From positions 62,001 to 126,000 of the forward strand of contig JBEUKZ010000108.1 of the NCBI GenBank assembly GCA_048128005.1: 64,000 nucleotides of DNA, in the 5' to 3' direction. The notes under the pieces are model-generated. The model made no database searches. It saw only the letters and a program-made list of their open reading frames with translations, and was not told where the DNA came from. Origin of the DNA: Veleropilina oligotropha (taxonomy: Eukaryota). Positions within the stretch are counted from its first letter, which is position 1, and the number at the start of each line of letters is the position of its first letter. The position numbers and the translations under genes are program-made. Positions 26,069 through 36,807 of this stretch are shown in pieces.

Positions 26069-28318
26069 CTAGGGCCGAGGCTTCCCTATCCCGCTCTGCT
26101 TGCGGGATTTTGCTGGAGGTGCTTGCCTCTTTGGAGTGGGTTTATTGGCCGGAGGCCTACCACCCGAAGAGGGCTTCGCACGCTTAGAAGGCTTCGGGGC
26201 CGGGGTGGGCCCGGAGCGCTTCTTCGAGTTGGCAGGTGGACCCCGGGTGGGGAGCAGTACTGCCTTCTCGATGGCACGGTCCTTAATGTCCGCCGCTCTC
26301 TTGTCAACAAACTCCGTGAAGTTGTCACCAAAGAGAGTGGTGGCCGAGCAAGGTACGCATCGCAACGAGCGCCGGGTGGGCTCGTCCAGCGAGGTACCTT
26401 CCAGGCAAGCATCCCTACGAAGTAGGAGGGCATTGCCCAGGACACGTCCCGTCTCCAACGCGCTGGTCTCCTGCGCGGCAGCAACCTCCTGGAGGAAGGA
26501 CAGGGCAGCCTCGGTGGCGCCGGGTCCATTCTCCTGTAATACGGCTATCGCCCCGTCTAGGAAAAAATCCTGAACGGACGATAGCCGCAGAGCCCGTCGG
26601 GCGGAGCTCTCGAAAGCTTCCAAGGCGGACCAAGGAACTTTCGCTACGGAGGGAGTGTGACTGGCGGTCAGTCGACGCAACGAAGCGTCAACACGAGCCG
26701 GCTCAGTCGCCAGGCACGGGCCAGTGCATTCGAACGGGATCGCTCGAGTACTGGCCCGGAGGTACCTCCCACTACGGAACCCCGAAGGGAACTCGTTCAG
26801 CGGGGAGGACTCCACCGGATTGCGCCCCTGAACGAGCTTGGTGATCGAGTCTACAACAAGATCCACCAGCCCGGACTGAGGTAAGGAGGGGAGCTCGGGG
26901 GCTTCCCTCGCAACAAACCGATGTGCTGCCGTCCTATGCTTGGCTACGTCTACAGCCGACCGAGTCGGTTCCGACAAGCCAAGCACCCCGCGAAGTGACG
27001 CAACAGCGTCGAGCCTTCGGCGGGTGGAGGAGGTCGGCTCCTGCGTGCCTGTAAGACTAATGTCTTCGGACCCGACCGATTCAGGGAGGTCGGTGTGATT
27101 TGAACAGAGATCCTCGTCGGAACGAGGGTCGATGTCTATCACTGAGGCAGGAGCCGTGCTCTGCGCCATGGGCAGAAGTGTAGGTACCAGGTGCGGCTCG
27201 GGAGCCGTCGGCCAGGCCTTACACCGTTCCTCGATCCCCGCCGCGATCCATGCCTGGACGTTCTCAAAAGAGAAACCCGGAGGCAGGACGGGCGACGAAC
27301 TAACAGCCGGTAGTTCTGTCGAGGTAACCGTGGCGCTAGGTAGACGGGCTGCATTGACAGGTCGAACCGAGGACCAGGGTCCACGGGCACTTGTCGAGGG
27401 GTCGAACCCGAAGGACTGGCCCGGAGGCGCAGTCAGTGGGCCGGACGACCGATAGGACTGCGGCAACAGTTCTGATCGGTCTACCACTCTGTTCGAGCGA
27501 GGCACGGACGGAAAACCGCCGTAGAGCCCCGTCCCGAACGCAGCCGGTCTGTCCACGTTCTCTAGCGTGACCACGGTGGGTGCACGGGAGAGACCGGGCC
27601 CTCTGAATGTCTCGTGAGCTTCGAGGTTGAGCGGAAAACCCCTAGGGGAAGTCGCATCGTTCTCGACCGAGGATTCAGGTTTCGCCGATTGTCCGAGTCT
27701 TAGACCTACAAGTAGGTGCCCGGCCTCTTTAAAGGCTTTCTCTGCATTGGGTCTGTCACCGTAGGAAGACGGTGAGTTTCCCGCAGAAGGACTAACTGTC
27801 CCCTTATTCTTCGAGGCCGAAGAAAAGGATGGGGATGGTCTGCCCTGTACAGCTGTTCGCTGCGCTGTCATGTATACCTTGCTAGCCGGCAAGGTATGGC
27901 TGACTGCAGCTACTAGGCCCGGTTTTGGAGGATCGGTCGACACTCGGGTCTTTACCTGAATCTTGGGTACCGGCAAGGTTTCGGTGACTCTCCCAAGAGT
28001 CGCGGAGGTTTCGCCGGTGGATCCGGCGACAGACGTCCCCTTGTGTCGGCTGTCGTCCAGCGTCCCTGAAGCAGACAAAGAAGAAACGTTAGGTAACTTA
28101 CCGGTCTCTTCCTGACCCTTCTCCTGGGGAGGACCCACCGTGGCAGTCGCCCTGGTCGACTTACCGTGGTGAGACAGGGTTGCCCACTGCTTATCTGATA
28201 GAAGAAAGCACAGATCACATTGATGATGTATACTACAGCTACGGTGAGTACAACATTCCTTGTGCCTATCAAATGCGTGAATTTTCTGGTTACACCCGGA
28301 GCTACTGCACCGGACCAT
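26069..28318 (-). CDS. DIRS gag-like ORF1 (749 aa from ATG), intact
   Basis: N-terminal Cys/His cluster CSSSGC...HKECCTHRSC...CDLC; LLRRDACL motif; basic C-terminus. Confidence 0.88.
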   Translation of the reverse strand: MVRCSSSGCNQKIHAFDRHKECCTHRSCSIHHQCDLCFLLSDKQWATLSHHGKSTRATATVGPPQEKGQEETGKLPNVSSLSASGTLDDSRHKGTSVAGSTGETSATLGRVTETLPVPKIQVKTRVSTDPPKPGLVAAVSHTLPASKVYMTAQRTAVQGRPSPSFSSASKNKGTVSPSAGNSPSSYGDRPNAEKAFKEAGHLLVGLRLGQSAKPESSVENDATSPRGFPLNLEAHETFRGPGLSRAPTVVTLENVDRPAAFGTGLYGGFPSVPRSNRVVDRSELLPQSYRSSGPLTAPPGQSFGFDPSTSARGPWSSVRPVNAARLPSATVTSTELPAVSSSPVLPPGFSFENVQAWIAAGIEERCKAWPTAPEPHLVPTLLPMAQSTAPASVIDIDPRSDEDLCSNHTDLPESVGSEDISLTGTQEPTSSTRRRLDAVASLRGVLGLSEPTRSAVDVAKHRTAAHRFVAREAPELPSLPQSGLVDLVVDSITKLVQGRNPVESSPLNEFPSGFRSGRYLRASTRAIPFECTGPCLATEPARVDASLRRLTASHTPSVAKVPWSALEAFESSARRALRLSSVQDFFLDGAIAVLQENGPGATEAALSFLQEVAAAQETSALETGRVLGNALLLRRDACLEGTSLDEPTRRSLRCVPCSATTLFGDNFTEFVDKRAADIKDRAIEKAVLLPTRGPPANSKKRSGPTPAPKPSKRAKPSSGGRPPANKPTPKRQAPPAKSRKQSGIGKPRP

Positions 28319-29099
28319 AGCTAAATACACGGGAGGGTGGACGTGGGTAGACGGGGTAGATAAATAGGTATATATATGGTAGTTGAGACTTCTTTCCTTG
28401 GAGGGAGTACTACGACAACTCACAGAATTGTCCTGATCTGAAGATTAGAGATCAAGCGATATACCGTTATTAGAACCCCGAACTGGGAACACCGAGGTCG
28501 GGTATTTTACCCGACCGACCCGGTAACCCGGCAAATTGACTAAAACAAAGGGGGGTTCTTTCCTCGAAAAAACCCGCCCAGAAAAACACCTGAAAACCTC
28601 GTGGATGTTTTAAGTTAGTACAATGGCGTATTATCCCAGCAACGGCAGGATATCAGAAAATTAACGCAAGCTTAATATCAAAAGATCCTGCCTTTTAACA
28701 ACGCTAGAAAATTTTATATATAATAAATAACCAGCAAATAGCGTTGTTAAGGAATTATCCAATATAATGAGTTACCTGTTTTGCAGTCTCAAACAATATC
28801 AGATAATTATACAGACCAGAAATTTCAGCTACCACTCGAAACTTTCCCTCTAAGCGGCCATCTTTAATGGCCACTGGCGTCCTTGACGACGATGTCTGTT
28901 TCCTTTGATGTCCAGAACTTCCTCGAAGTTTTGAGAATCACTCTTCTTATATTCACATGTGTTTTATATCCACAACACTGTTATATTCCACTACTTATAT
29001 ACTATATAAGTAGAAACTGCGCCCTGATTTAACGTGAAATCGGGCGCCTATATCGAAATATTTGCGGAGCAAAAACAACGTCTTTCCGCGGCAGCGGAA

Positions 29100-29305
29100 A
29101 ACTTTGAATTGATGTCATGTGACTTCTATTGTTCAGAAGTCTCACGAGACTTGGCGAAGTCTCGCTAGGGAACGTGGGGGGTAGGAGCAGGGGAGGTAAC
29201 CGTGTGCTTTTTGGCTTATTAACGGTGCATTATGGGACATATTCACCATTTCCGGTTTGGGCGATAATATACTATTATGGCAAGAGTAAGGACGTAAGTA
29301 TGTTT
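29100..29305. repeat. DIRS copy 1 5' ITR
   Basis: Inverted copy of 21892-22097. Confidence 0.95.
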
Positions 29306-32300
29306 GTAACTATATTACCACAATAACCGACGCAATATGAGCCTGACTTACCACAATAACCGACGCAATATGGGCCCGACTTACGACAAAAACCGATGCA
29401 ATATGAGCCCGACTTACTACAATAACCGATGCAATGTGAGCCCGACCTACCACAATAACCGACGTAATATGGGCCCGACTTACCACAATAACCGACGTAC
29501 TATGGGCCCGACTTACCACAATAACCGATGCAATATGAGCCCGACTTACTACAATAACAGATGCAATATGAGCCCGACTTACTACAATAACCGACGCAAT
29601 ATGGGCCCGACTTACCACAATAACCGACACAATATGAGCCAGACTTACCACAATAACCGACGCAATATGAGCCCGACTTACCACAATAACCGACGCAATA
29701 TGAGACCGAATTACCACAATAACCGACGCAATATGGGCCAGACTTACTACAATAACCGACGCAATATGAGCCCGACTTACCACAATAACCGACGCAATAT
29801 GAGCCAGACTTACCACAATAACCGACGCAATATGGGCCCGACTTACCACAATAACCGATGCAATATGAGCCCGACTTACTACAATAACAGATGCAATATG
29901 AGCCCGACTTACTACAATAACTGACGCAATATGGGCCCGACTTACTACAATAACAGATACAATATGAGCCAGACTTACCACAATAACCGACGCAATATGA
30001 GCCCAACTTACCACAATAACCGACGCAATATGGGCCCGACTTACCACAATAACCGACGCAATATGGGCCCGACATACCACAATAACCGATGCAATATGAG
30101 CCAGACTTACTACAATAACAGATGCAATATGAGCCCGACTTACTACAATAACTGACGCAATATGGGCCCGACTTACTACAATAACAGATACAATATGAGC
30201 CCGACTTACTACAATAACCGACGCAATATGAGCCCGACTTACCGCAATAACTGACACAATATGGGCCTGACTTACCACAATAACAGATGCAATATGAGCC
30301 CGACTTAACACAATAACCGACGCAATATGAGCCTGACTTACCACAATAACAGATGCAACATGAGCCCGACTTACCACAATAACCGACGCAATATGAGCCT
30401 GACTTACCACAATAACAGATGCAATATGAGCCCAACTTACCACAATAACCGACGCAATATGAGCCTGACTTACCACAATAACAGACGTAATATGGGCCCG
30501 ACTTACCACAATAACCGACGCAATATGAGCCAGACTTACTACAATAACTGACGCAATATGGGCCCGACTTACTACAAAAACCGATGCAATATGAGCCAGA
30601 CTTACCACAATAACAGACGCAATATGAGCCTGACTTACTACAATAACTGACGCAATATGGGCCCCGACTTACTACAAAAACAGATGCAATATGAGCCTGA
30701 CTTACCACAATAACAGACGCAATATGAGCCTGACTTACTACAATAACAGACGCAATATGAGCCTGACTTACTACAATAACTGACGCAATATGGGCCAGAC
30801 TTACCACAATAACCGATGCAATATGAGCCAGACTTACTACAATAACAGATGCAATATGAGCCTGACTTACTACAATAACTGACGCAATATGGGCCCGACT
30901 TACTACAAAAACCGATGCAATATGAGCCAGACTTACTACAATAACAGATGCAATATGAGCCCGACTTACTACAATAACTGACGCAATATGGGCCAGACTT
31001 ACCACAATAACCGACGCAATATGAGCCCGACTTACTACAATAACTGACGCAATATGGGCCCGACTTACTACAAAAACCGATGCAATATGAGCCAGACTTA
31101 CCACAATAACAGACGCAATATGAGCCTGACTTACTACAATAACTGACGCAATATGGGCCCGACTTACTACAAAAACCGATGCAATATGAGCCAGACTTAC
31201 TACAATAACAGATGCAATATGAGCCCGACTTACTACAATAACTGACGCAATATGGGCCAGACTTACCACAATAACCGACGCAATATGAGCCCGACTTACT
31301 ACAATAACTGACGCAATATGGGCCCGACTTACTACAAAAACCGATGCAATATGAGCCAGACTTACCACAATAACAGACGCAATATGAGCCTGACTTACTA
31401 CAATAACTGACGCAATATGGGCCCGACTTACTACAAAAACAGATGCAATATGAGCCTGACTTACCACAATAACAGACGCAATATGAGCCTGACTTACTAC
31501 AATAACAGACGCAATATGAGCCTGACTTACTACAATAACTGACGCAATATGGGCCAGACTTACCACAATAACCGATGCAATATGAGCCAGACTTACTACA
31601 ATAACAGATGCAATATGAGCCCGACTTACTACAATACCTGACGCAATATGGGCCCGACTTACTACAAAAACCGATGCAATATGAGCCAGACTTACTACAA
31701 TAACAGATGCAATATGAGCCCGACTTACTACAATAACTGACGCAATATGGGCCCGACTTACTACAAAAACCGATGCAATATGAGCCAGACTTACCACAAT
31801 AAGACGCAATATGAGCCTGACTTACTACAATAACTGACGCAATATGGGCCCGACTTACTACAAAAACAGATGCAATATGAGCCTGACTTACCACAATAAC
31901 AGACGCAATATGAGCCTGACTTACTACAATAACAGACGCAATATGAGCCTGACTTACTACAATAACTGACGCAATATGGGCCAGACTTACCACAATAACC
32001 GATGCAATATGAGCCAGACTTACTACAATAACAGATGCAATATGAGCCCGACTTACTACAATACCTGACGCAATATGGGCCCGACTTACTACAAAAACCG
32101 ATGCAATATGAGCCAGACTTACTACAATAACAGATGCAATATGAGCCCGACTTACTACAATAACTGACGCAATATGGGCCAGACTTACCACAATAACTGA
32201 CACAATATGAGCCCGACTTACTACAATAACTGACGCAATATGGGCCCGACTTACCACAATAACCGACGCAATATGAGCCCGACTTACCACAATAACCGAT

Positions 32301-33009
32301 GCAATATGAGCCAGACTTACTACAATAACCGACGCAATATGAGCCCGACTTACCACAATAACCGATGCAATATGGGCCCGACTTACTACAATAACTGACG
32401 CAATATGGGCCCGACTTACTACAAAAACCGACGCAATATGAGCCAGACTTACTACAATAACAGATGCAATATGAGCCCGACTTACTACAATAACTGACAC
32501 AATATGGGCCCGACTTACCACAATAACCGACGCAATATGAGCCCGACTTACCACAATAACCGACGCAATATGAGCCAGACTCACTACAATAACAGACGCA
32601 ATATGAGCCCGACTTACTACAATAACAGATGCAATATGAGCCAGACTTACCACAATAACTGACGCAATATGGGCCCGACTTACTACAATAACAGAAGCAA
32701 TATGAGCCCGACTTACCACAATAACTGATGCAATATGAGCTCGACTTACCACAATGACCGATGCAATGTGAGCCCACCTTACCACAATAACTAACGCAAT
32801 ATGGGCCCGACTTACCACAATAACCGATGTGATATGTGCTCCGACTTACACAATAACTGATGCAATATGAGGCCCGACCTACCACAATAACCTATGTTCT
32901 AGGAGCTGAGACTTACCACAATAACCAATGCATCATGATGCCTGACTTACCACAATACGAGCCCGACTACCATAATAATCGATGCAATATGGGCCCTGAT
33001 CTGACTTAC

Positions 33010-33110
33010 CACAATAACCGAGGCAATGTGAGCCCCTATCAGAGCGTAGCAGCCTCCACTGGCACCGACCAATGGCACGTACGTGTCTGTGATGGAGTGC
33101 GCCAAGGAAC
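33010..33110 (-). CDS. RHBDL3-like: Rhomboid exon with catalytic Ser (GSLAHSITDTYVPLVGASGGCYALIGAHIASVIV)
   Basis: Acceptor ccttcag, donor gtaagt; 101 nt, phase 1-0; GxSGG motif. Confidence 0.95.
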
Positions 33111-33446
33111 CTGAAGGCAATCAATGCACTGAGGTTTACCAACAAAATGTATATATATATAAATAGGAATTGAAATGAATATTGTTTGAATTCGGCAGGC
33201 TAATAAGCGTTATTTCACAACAAAAAATTTCAGTATCATTGCAGTACATCAGTTTAGCGTCCCTTTTGAATGATGTCTAGCGTTATAACCTGCCACAATG
33301 GCCATGAGATTGATCTATTATCCTATGGTCCAACTTAACATTTTCTGGCGCTCCACCAATTGACCTATTAAAGGACAGTCTAGATAACTTCAGATATATC
33401 ATGGCTGACCTAATATTAAATAACAGCAGTCTATGTGCTAGCTTAC

Positions 33447-33559
33447 CCGCCAATACTCCTAGAGTGTAGATTAACAGGAGACGCCACCATTTATGAACCA
33501 CCTCGAGGGGCAGGCCAAGACACAGTTGGAAAATTAAATTTGATAACAAGTGAACATAT
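33447..33559 (-). CDS. RHBDL3-like: Rhomboid exon (YVHLLSNLIFQLCLGLPLEVVHKWWRLLLIYTLGVLAG)
   Basis: Acceptor ttgcag, donor gtaagc; 113 nt, phase 2-1; HLxxN and GxPLExVH motifs. Confidence 0.95.
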
Positions 33560-34097
33560 CTGCAAAATAATTATATTTTTTCAAACAAGCTGTCATGTAA
33601 ATATTTTGTAATATACAATTGTTTTTATCAAACATGTATGAAATAAATTTGATTTGATTTGAGATTTATTATTTTCCTTTAAATGCCAATTTTCCACGGT
33701 GACGGATTTCCAATTATCTCCCACCTAAAAATGGTCTTCTGTTGTTCTTGTGCTTTTATTAATTCACTACTCCCAGATATGTAGTATTCCAGCCATTAAA
33801 ACAAGATAATGCAATTTGCAAATGATTGCCCCGTAGATCAAATCCTACTGTCCGATACATTGTACAGTGTATTGTAGTGTGATATTCTATTATAATCAAT
33901 TGAAAGTATATGATATGGTTGTTGACAACAAACCCGCCGAAGCAGTAAATCGTGATTCCAGTTTGGATTCGGATAATTTTAGGTACATGCATGTATATCC
34001 AGTTTTAGGAGTGTACTCAGGCTTATTTAAAATTTGAAGATATCGGATCAGTAGTTATTTAGAAACTGCAGCGGACAGACATACAAACTGACCCTAT

Positions 34098-35675
34098 TGT
34101 AATAATACTCCACCCTCCCCTGCTTTTGTGAGAGTAATAATACTTCACCCTCCCCTGCCTGTGTGAGAGTAATAATACTTCACCACCCCCTGCCTGTGTG
34201 AGAGTAATAATACTTCACCCTCCCCTGCCTGTGTGAGAGTAATAATACTTCACCCTCCCCTGCCGGTGTGAGAGTAATAATACTTCACCCTCCCCTGCCT
34301 GTGTGAGAGTAATAATACTTCACCCTCCCCTGGCTGTGTGAGAGTAATAATACTTCACCCTCCCCTGCCTGTGTGAGAGTAATAATACTTCACCTCCCCT
34401 ACCTGTGCGAGACTAATAATACTTCACCCTCCCCTGCTTGTGTGAGAGTAATAATACTTCACTCACCCCTGCCTGTGCGAGAGTAATAATACTTCACCCT
34501 CCTCTGCCTCTGCGAGAGTAATAATACTTCACTCACCCCTGCCTGTGTGAGAGTATTAATACTTCACCCTCCCCTACTTGTGCGAGAGTAATAATACTTC
34601 ACTCACCCTTGCCTGCGCAAGAGTAATAATACTCACCCTCCCCTGCTTGTGTGAGAGTAATAATACTTCACCCACTCCTGGCTGTGTGAGAGTAATAATA
34701 CTTCACCCTCCCCTGGCTGTGAGAGTAATAATACTTCACCCACCCCTGCCCGTGCGAGAGTAATAATACTTCACCCTCCTCTGCCTCTGCGAGAGTAATA
34801 ATACTTCACCCTCCCCTGCCTGTGCGAGAGTAATAATACTTCACCCTCCCCTGCTTGTGCGAGAGTAATAATACTTCACTCACCCTTGCCTGTGCAAGAG
34901 TAATAATACTCACCCTCCCCTGCTTGTGTGAGAGTAATAATACTTCACCCACCCCTGGCTGTGTGAGAGTAATAATACTTCACCCACCCCTGGCTGTGTG
35001 AGAGTAATAATACTTCACCCACCCCTGCCCATGCGAGAGTAATAATACTTCACCCTCCTCTGCCTCTGCGAGAGTAATAATACTTCACCCTCCCCTGCCT
35101 GTGTGAGAGTAATAATACTTCACCCACCCCTGGCTGTGTGAGAGTAATAATACTTCACCCTCCCCTGCTTGTGCGAGAGTAATAATACTTCACTCACCCT
35201 TGCCTGTGCAAGAGTAATAATACTCACCCTTGCCTGTGCAAGAGTAATAATACTCACCCTCCCCTGCTTGAGTGAGAGTAATAATACTTCACCCACCCCT
35301 GGCTGTGTGAGAGTAATAATACTTCACCCTCCCCTGGCTGTGTGAGTAATAATACTTCACCCACCCCTGGCTGTGCGAGAGTAATAATACTTCACCCTGC
35401 CCTGGCTGTGTGAGAGTAATAATACTTCACCCTCCCCTGCCTGACTGCGAGAGTAATAATACTTCACCCACCCCTGGCTGTGTGAGAGTAATAATACTTC
35501 ACCCTCCCCTGCCTGACTGTGAGAGTAATAATACTTCACCCACCCCTGGCTGTGTGAGAGTAATAATACTTCACCCTCCCCTGCCTGACTGTGAGAGTAA
35601 TAATACTTCACCCACCCCTGGCTGTGTGAGAGTAATAATACTTCACCCTCCCCTGCCGACTGTGAGAGTAATAAT
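34098..35675. repeat. ~35-bp minisatellite
   Basis: Unit gagagtaataatacttcaccctcccctgcctgtgt; begins at what looks like the end of a small interspersed element (gcggacagacatacaaac...). Confidence 0.95.
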
Positions 35676-35694
35676 ATAATATCCTGAATAATAC

Positions 35695-36310
35695 TGATAT
35701 AATCATGGCTTGATGGACAGGACGTACCCCGGGTGGATGATATACTCATGGCTTGATGGATTGGATGTACCCCTGGTGGGTGATATATTCATGGCTTGAT
35801 GGACATACCCCAGGTGGATGATAGAATCAAGGTTTGATGGACATACCCCAGGTGGCTTATATATCATGGCTTGATGGACATACCCCGGGTGGCTGATATA
35901 TTCATGGCTTGATGGACATACACTGGGTGGTTGATATATTCATGGCTTGGTGGATGTACCCCGGGTGGCTAATATAATCATGGCTTGATGGACATACCCT
36001 GGGTGGTTGATATATTCATGGCTTGACATACCCCGGTGGCTGATATAATCATGGCTTGATGGACATACCCCGGGTGGCTGATATATCATGGCTTGATCAG
36101 ACATACCCCGGGTGGATGATATAATCACGGCTTGGACATACCCCAAGTGGCTGATATAATCACGGCTTGATGGATTGGACGTACCCCTGGTGGGTGATAA
36201 TCATGGCTTGATCGGACGTACCCCCGGTGGCTGATATAATCATGGCTTGGTGGACGTACCCCGGGTGGGTGATATAATCACGGCTTGATGGATTGGACGT
36301 ACCCCTGGTG
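35695..36310. repeat. ~38-43-bp degenerate minisatellite containing exon-end/donor copies
   Basis: Unit ~gatataatcatggcttgatggacataccccgggtggct; minus strand CACCCGGG|GTATGT versus true junction CACCAGGG|GTACGT. Confidence 0.9.
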
Positions 36311-36457
36311 AATGAGCATGTAGGTGATGAACCTCCACACCTCGTAGCGGCGGCTCGGCTTGAAGACCAGTGGACTGTACGCGGGCACCCCTGACGTGGC
36401 CGTTGTGGGGATGCCTAATTTATTCTGCTCAGCGGCATACACGGCAAAGATGACAAT
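36303..36457 (-). CDS. RHBDL3-like: Rhomboid exon (IVIFAVYAAEQ...RRYEVWRFITYMLIHQG)
   Basis: Acceptor gttcag, donor gtacgt; 155 nt, phase 0-2; WR motif of loop L1. Confidence 0.95.
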
Positions 36458-36807
36458 CTGAACAAAACAAGCAGAGGGAATAATAACGAACATAAGGTAG
36501 ACTATAAAATACATAACATCCTTAAAAACGCTAAATTATGTCAGGTCATTTATAATGAATTTTTCCTGTTTCTAGTTTTTGCACAATTGATATATAAGCA
36601 TATAATATTTAGAGACACTTGATTCAAACCGCAAAATTTGTCTGTAACTAACTAGTTGAGAATCTGTTCTATTCTGCTGAAAATGATGGATTAAATCCTG
36701 CTATATGACTTCACGATCAGTCTTACGGAGGTCAATCGCTTCTTGGATTAATTCTGAGTGCAATGGAGATGATGTACATTATAAGGAAAAATTCCAGATC
36801 AAATGCA

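Larger units (their letters stand above)
21858..29314 (-). mobile_element. DIRS1-like tyrosine-recombinase retrotransposon, family A copy 1 (full length)
   Basis: 206-bp ITRs, ICR, gag, RT/RH/MT and YR ORFs; no TSD. Confidence 0.97.
11110..33035. repeat. 33-bp satellite array (roughly 420 units, interrupted by a LINE fragment and DIRS copy 1), derived from a rhomboid exon-end/splice donor
   Basis: Unit gacttaccacaataaccgacgcaatatgagccc; minus strand reads GCT CAT ATT GCG TCG GTT ATT GTG|GTAAGT CGG; unit count estimated from length. Confidence 0.97.

Noticed and set aside
11068..32885. Very long ORFs (SPTYHNNRRNM)n, (GSYCVGYCGKS)n and (AHIASVIVVSR)n as genes
   Set aside because: They are translations of a 33-bp intronic satellite whose unit is a multiple of 3; frames switch at indels; only the terminal unit is exon
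11110..33035. CRISPR array
   Set aside because: Head-to-tail units with no unique spacers, eukaryotic intron, no cas genes
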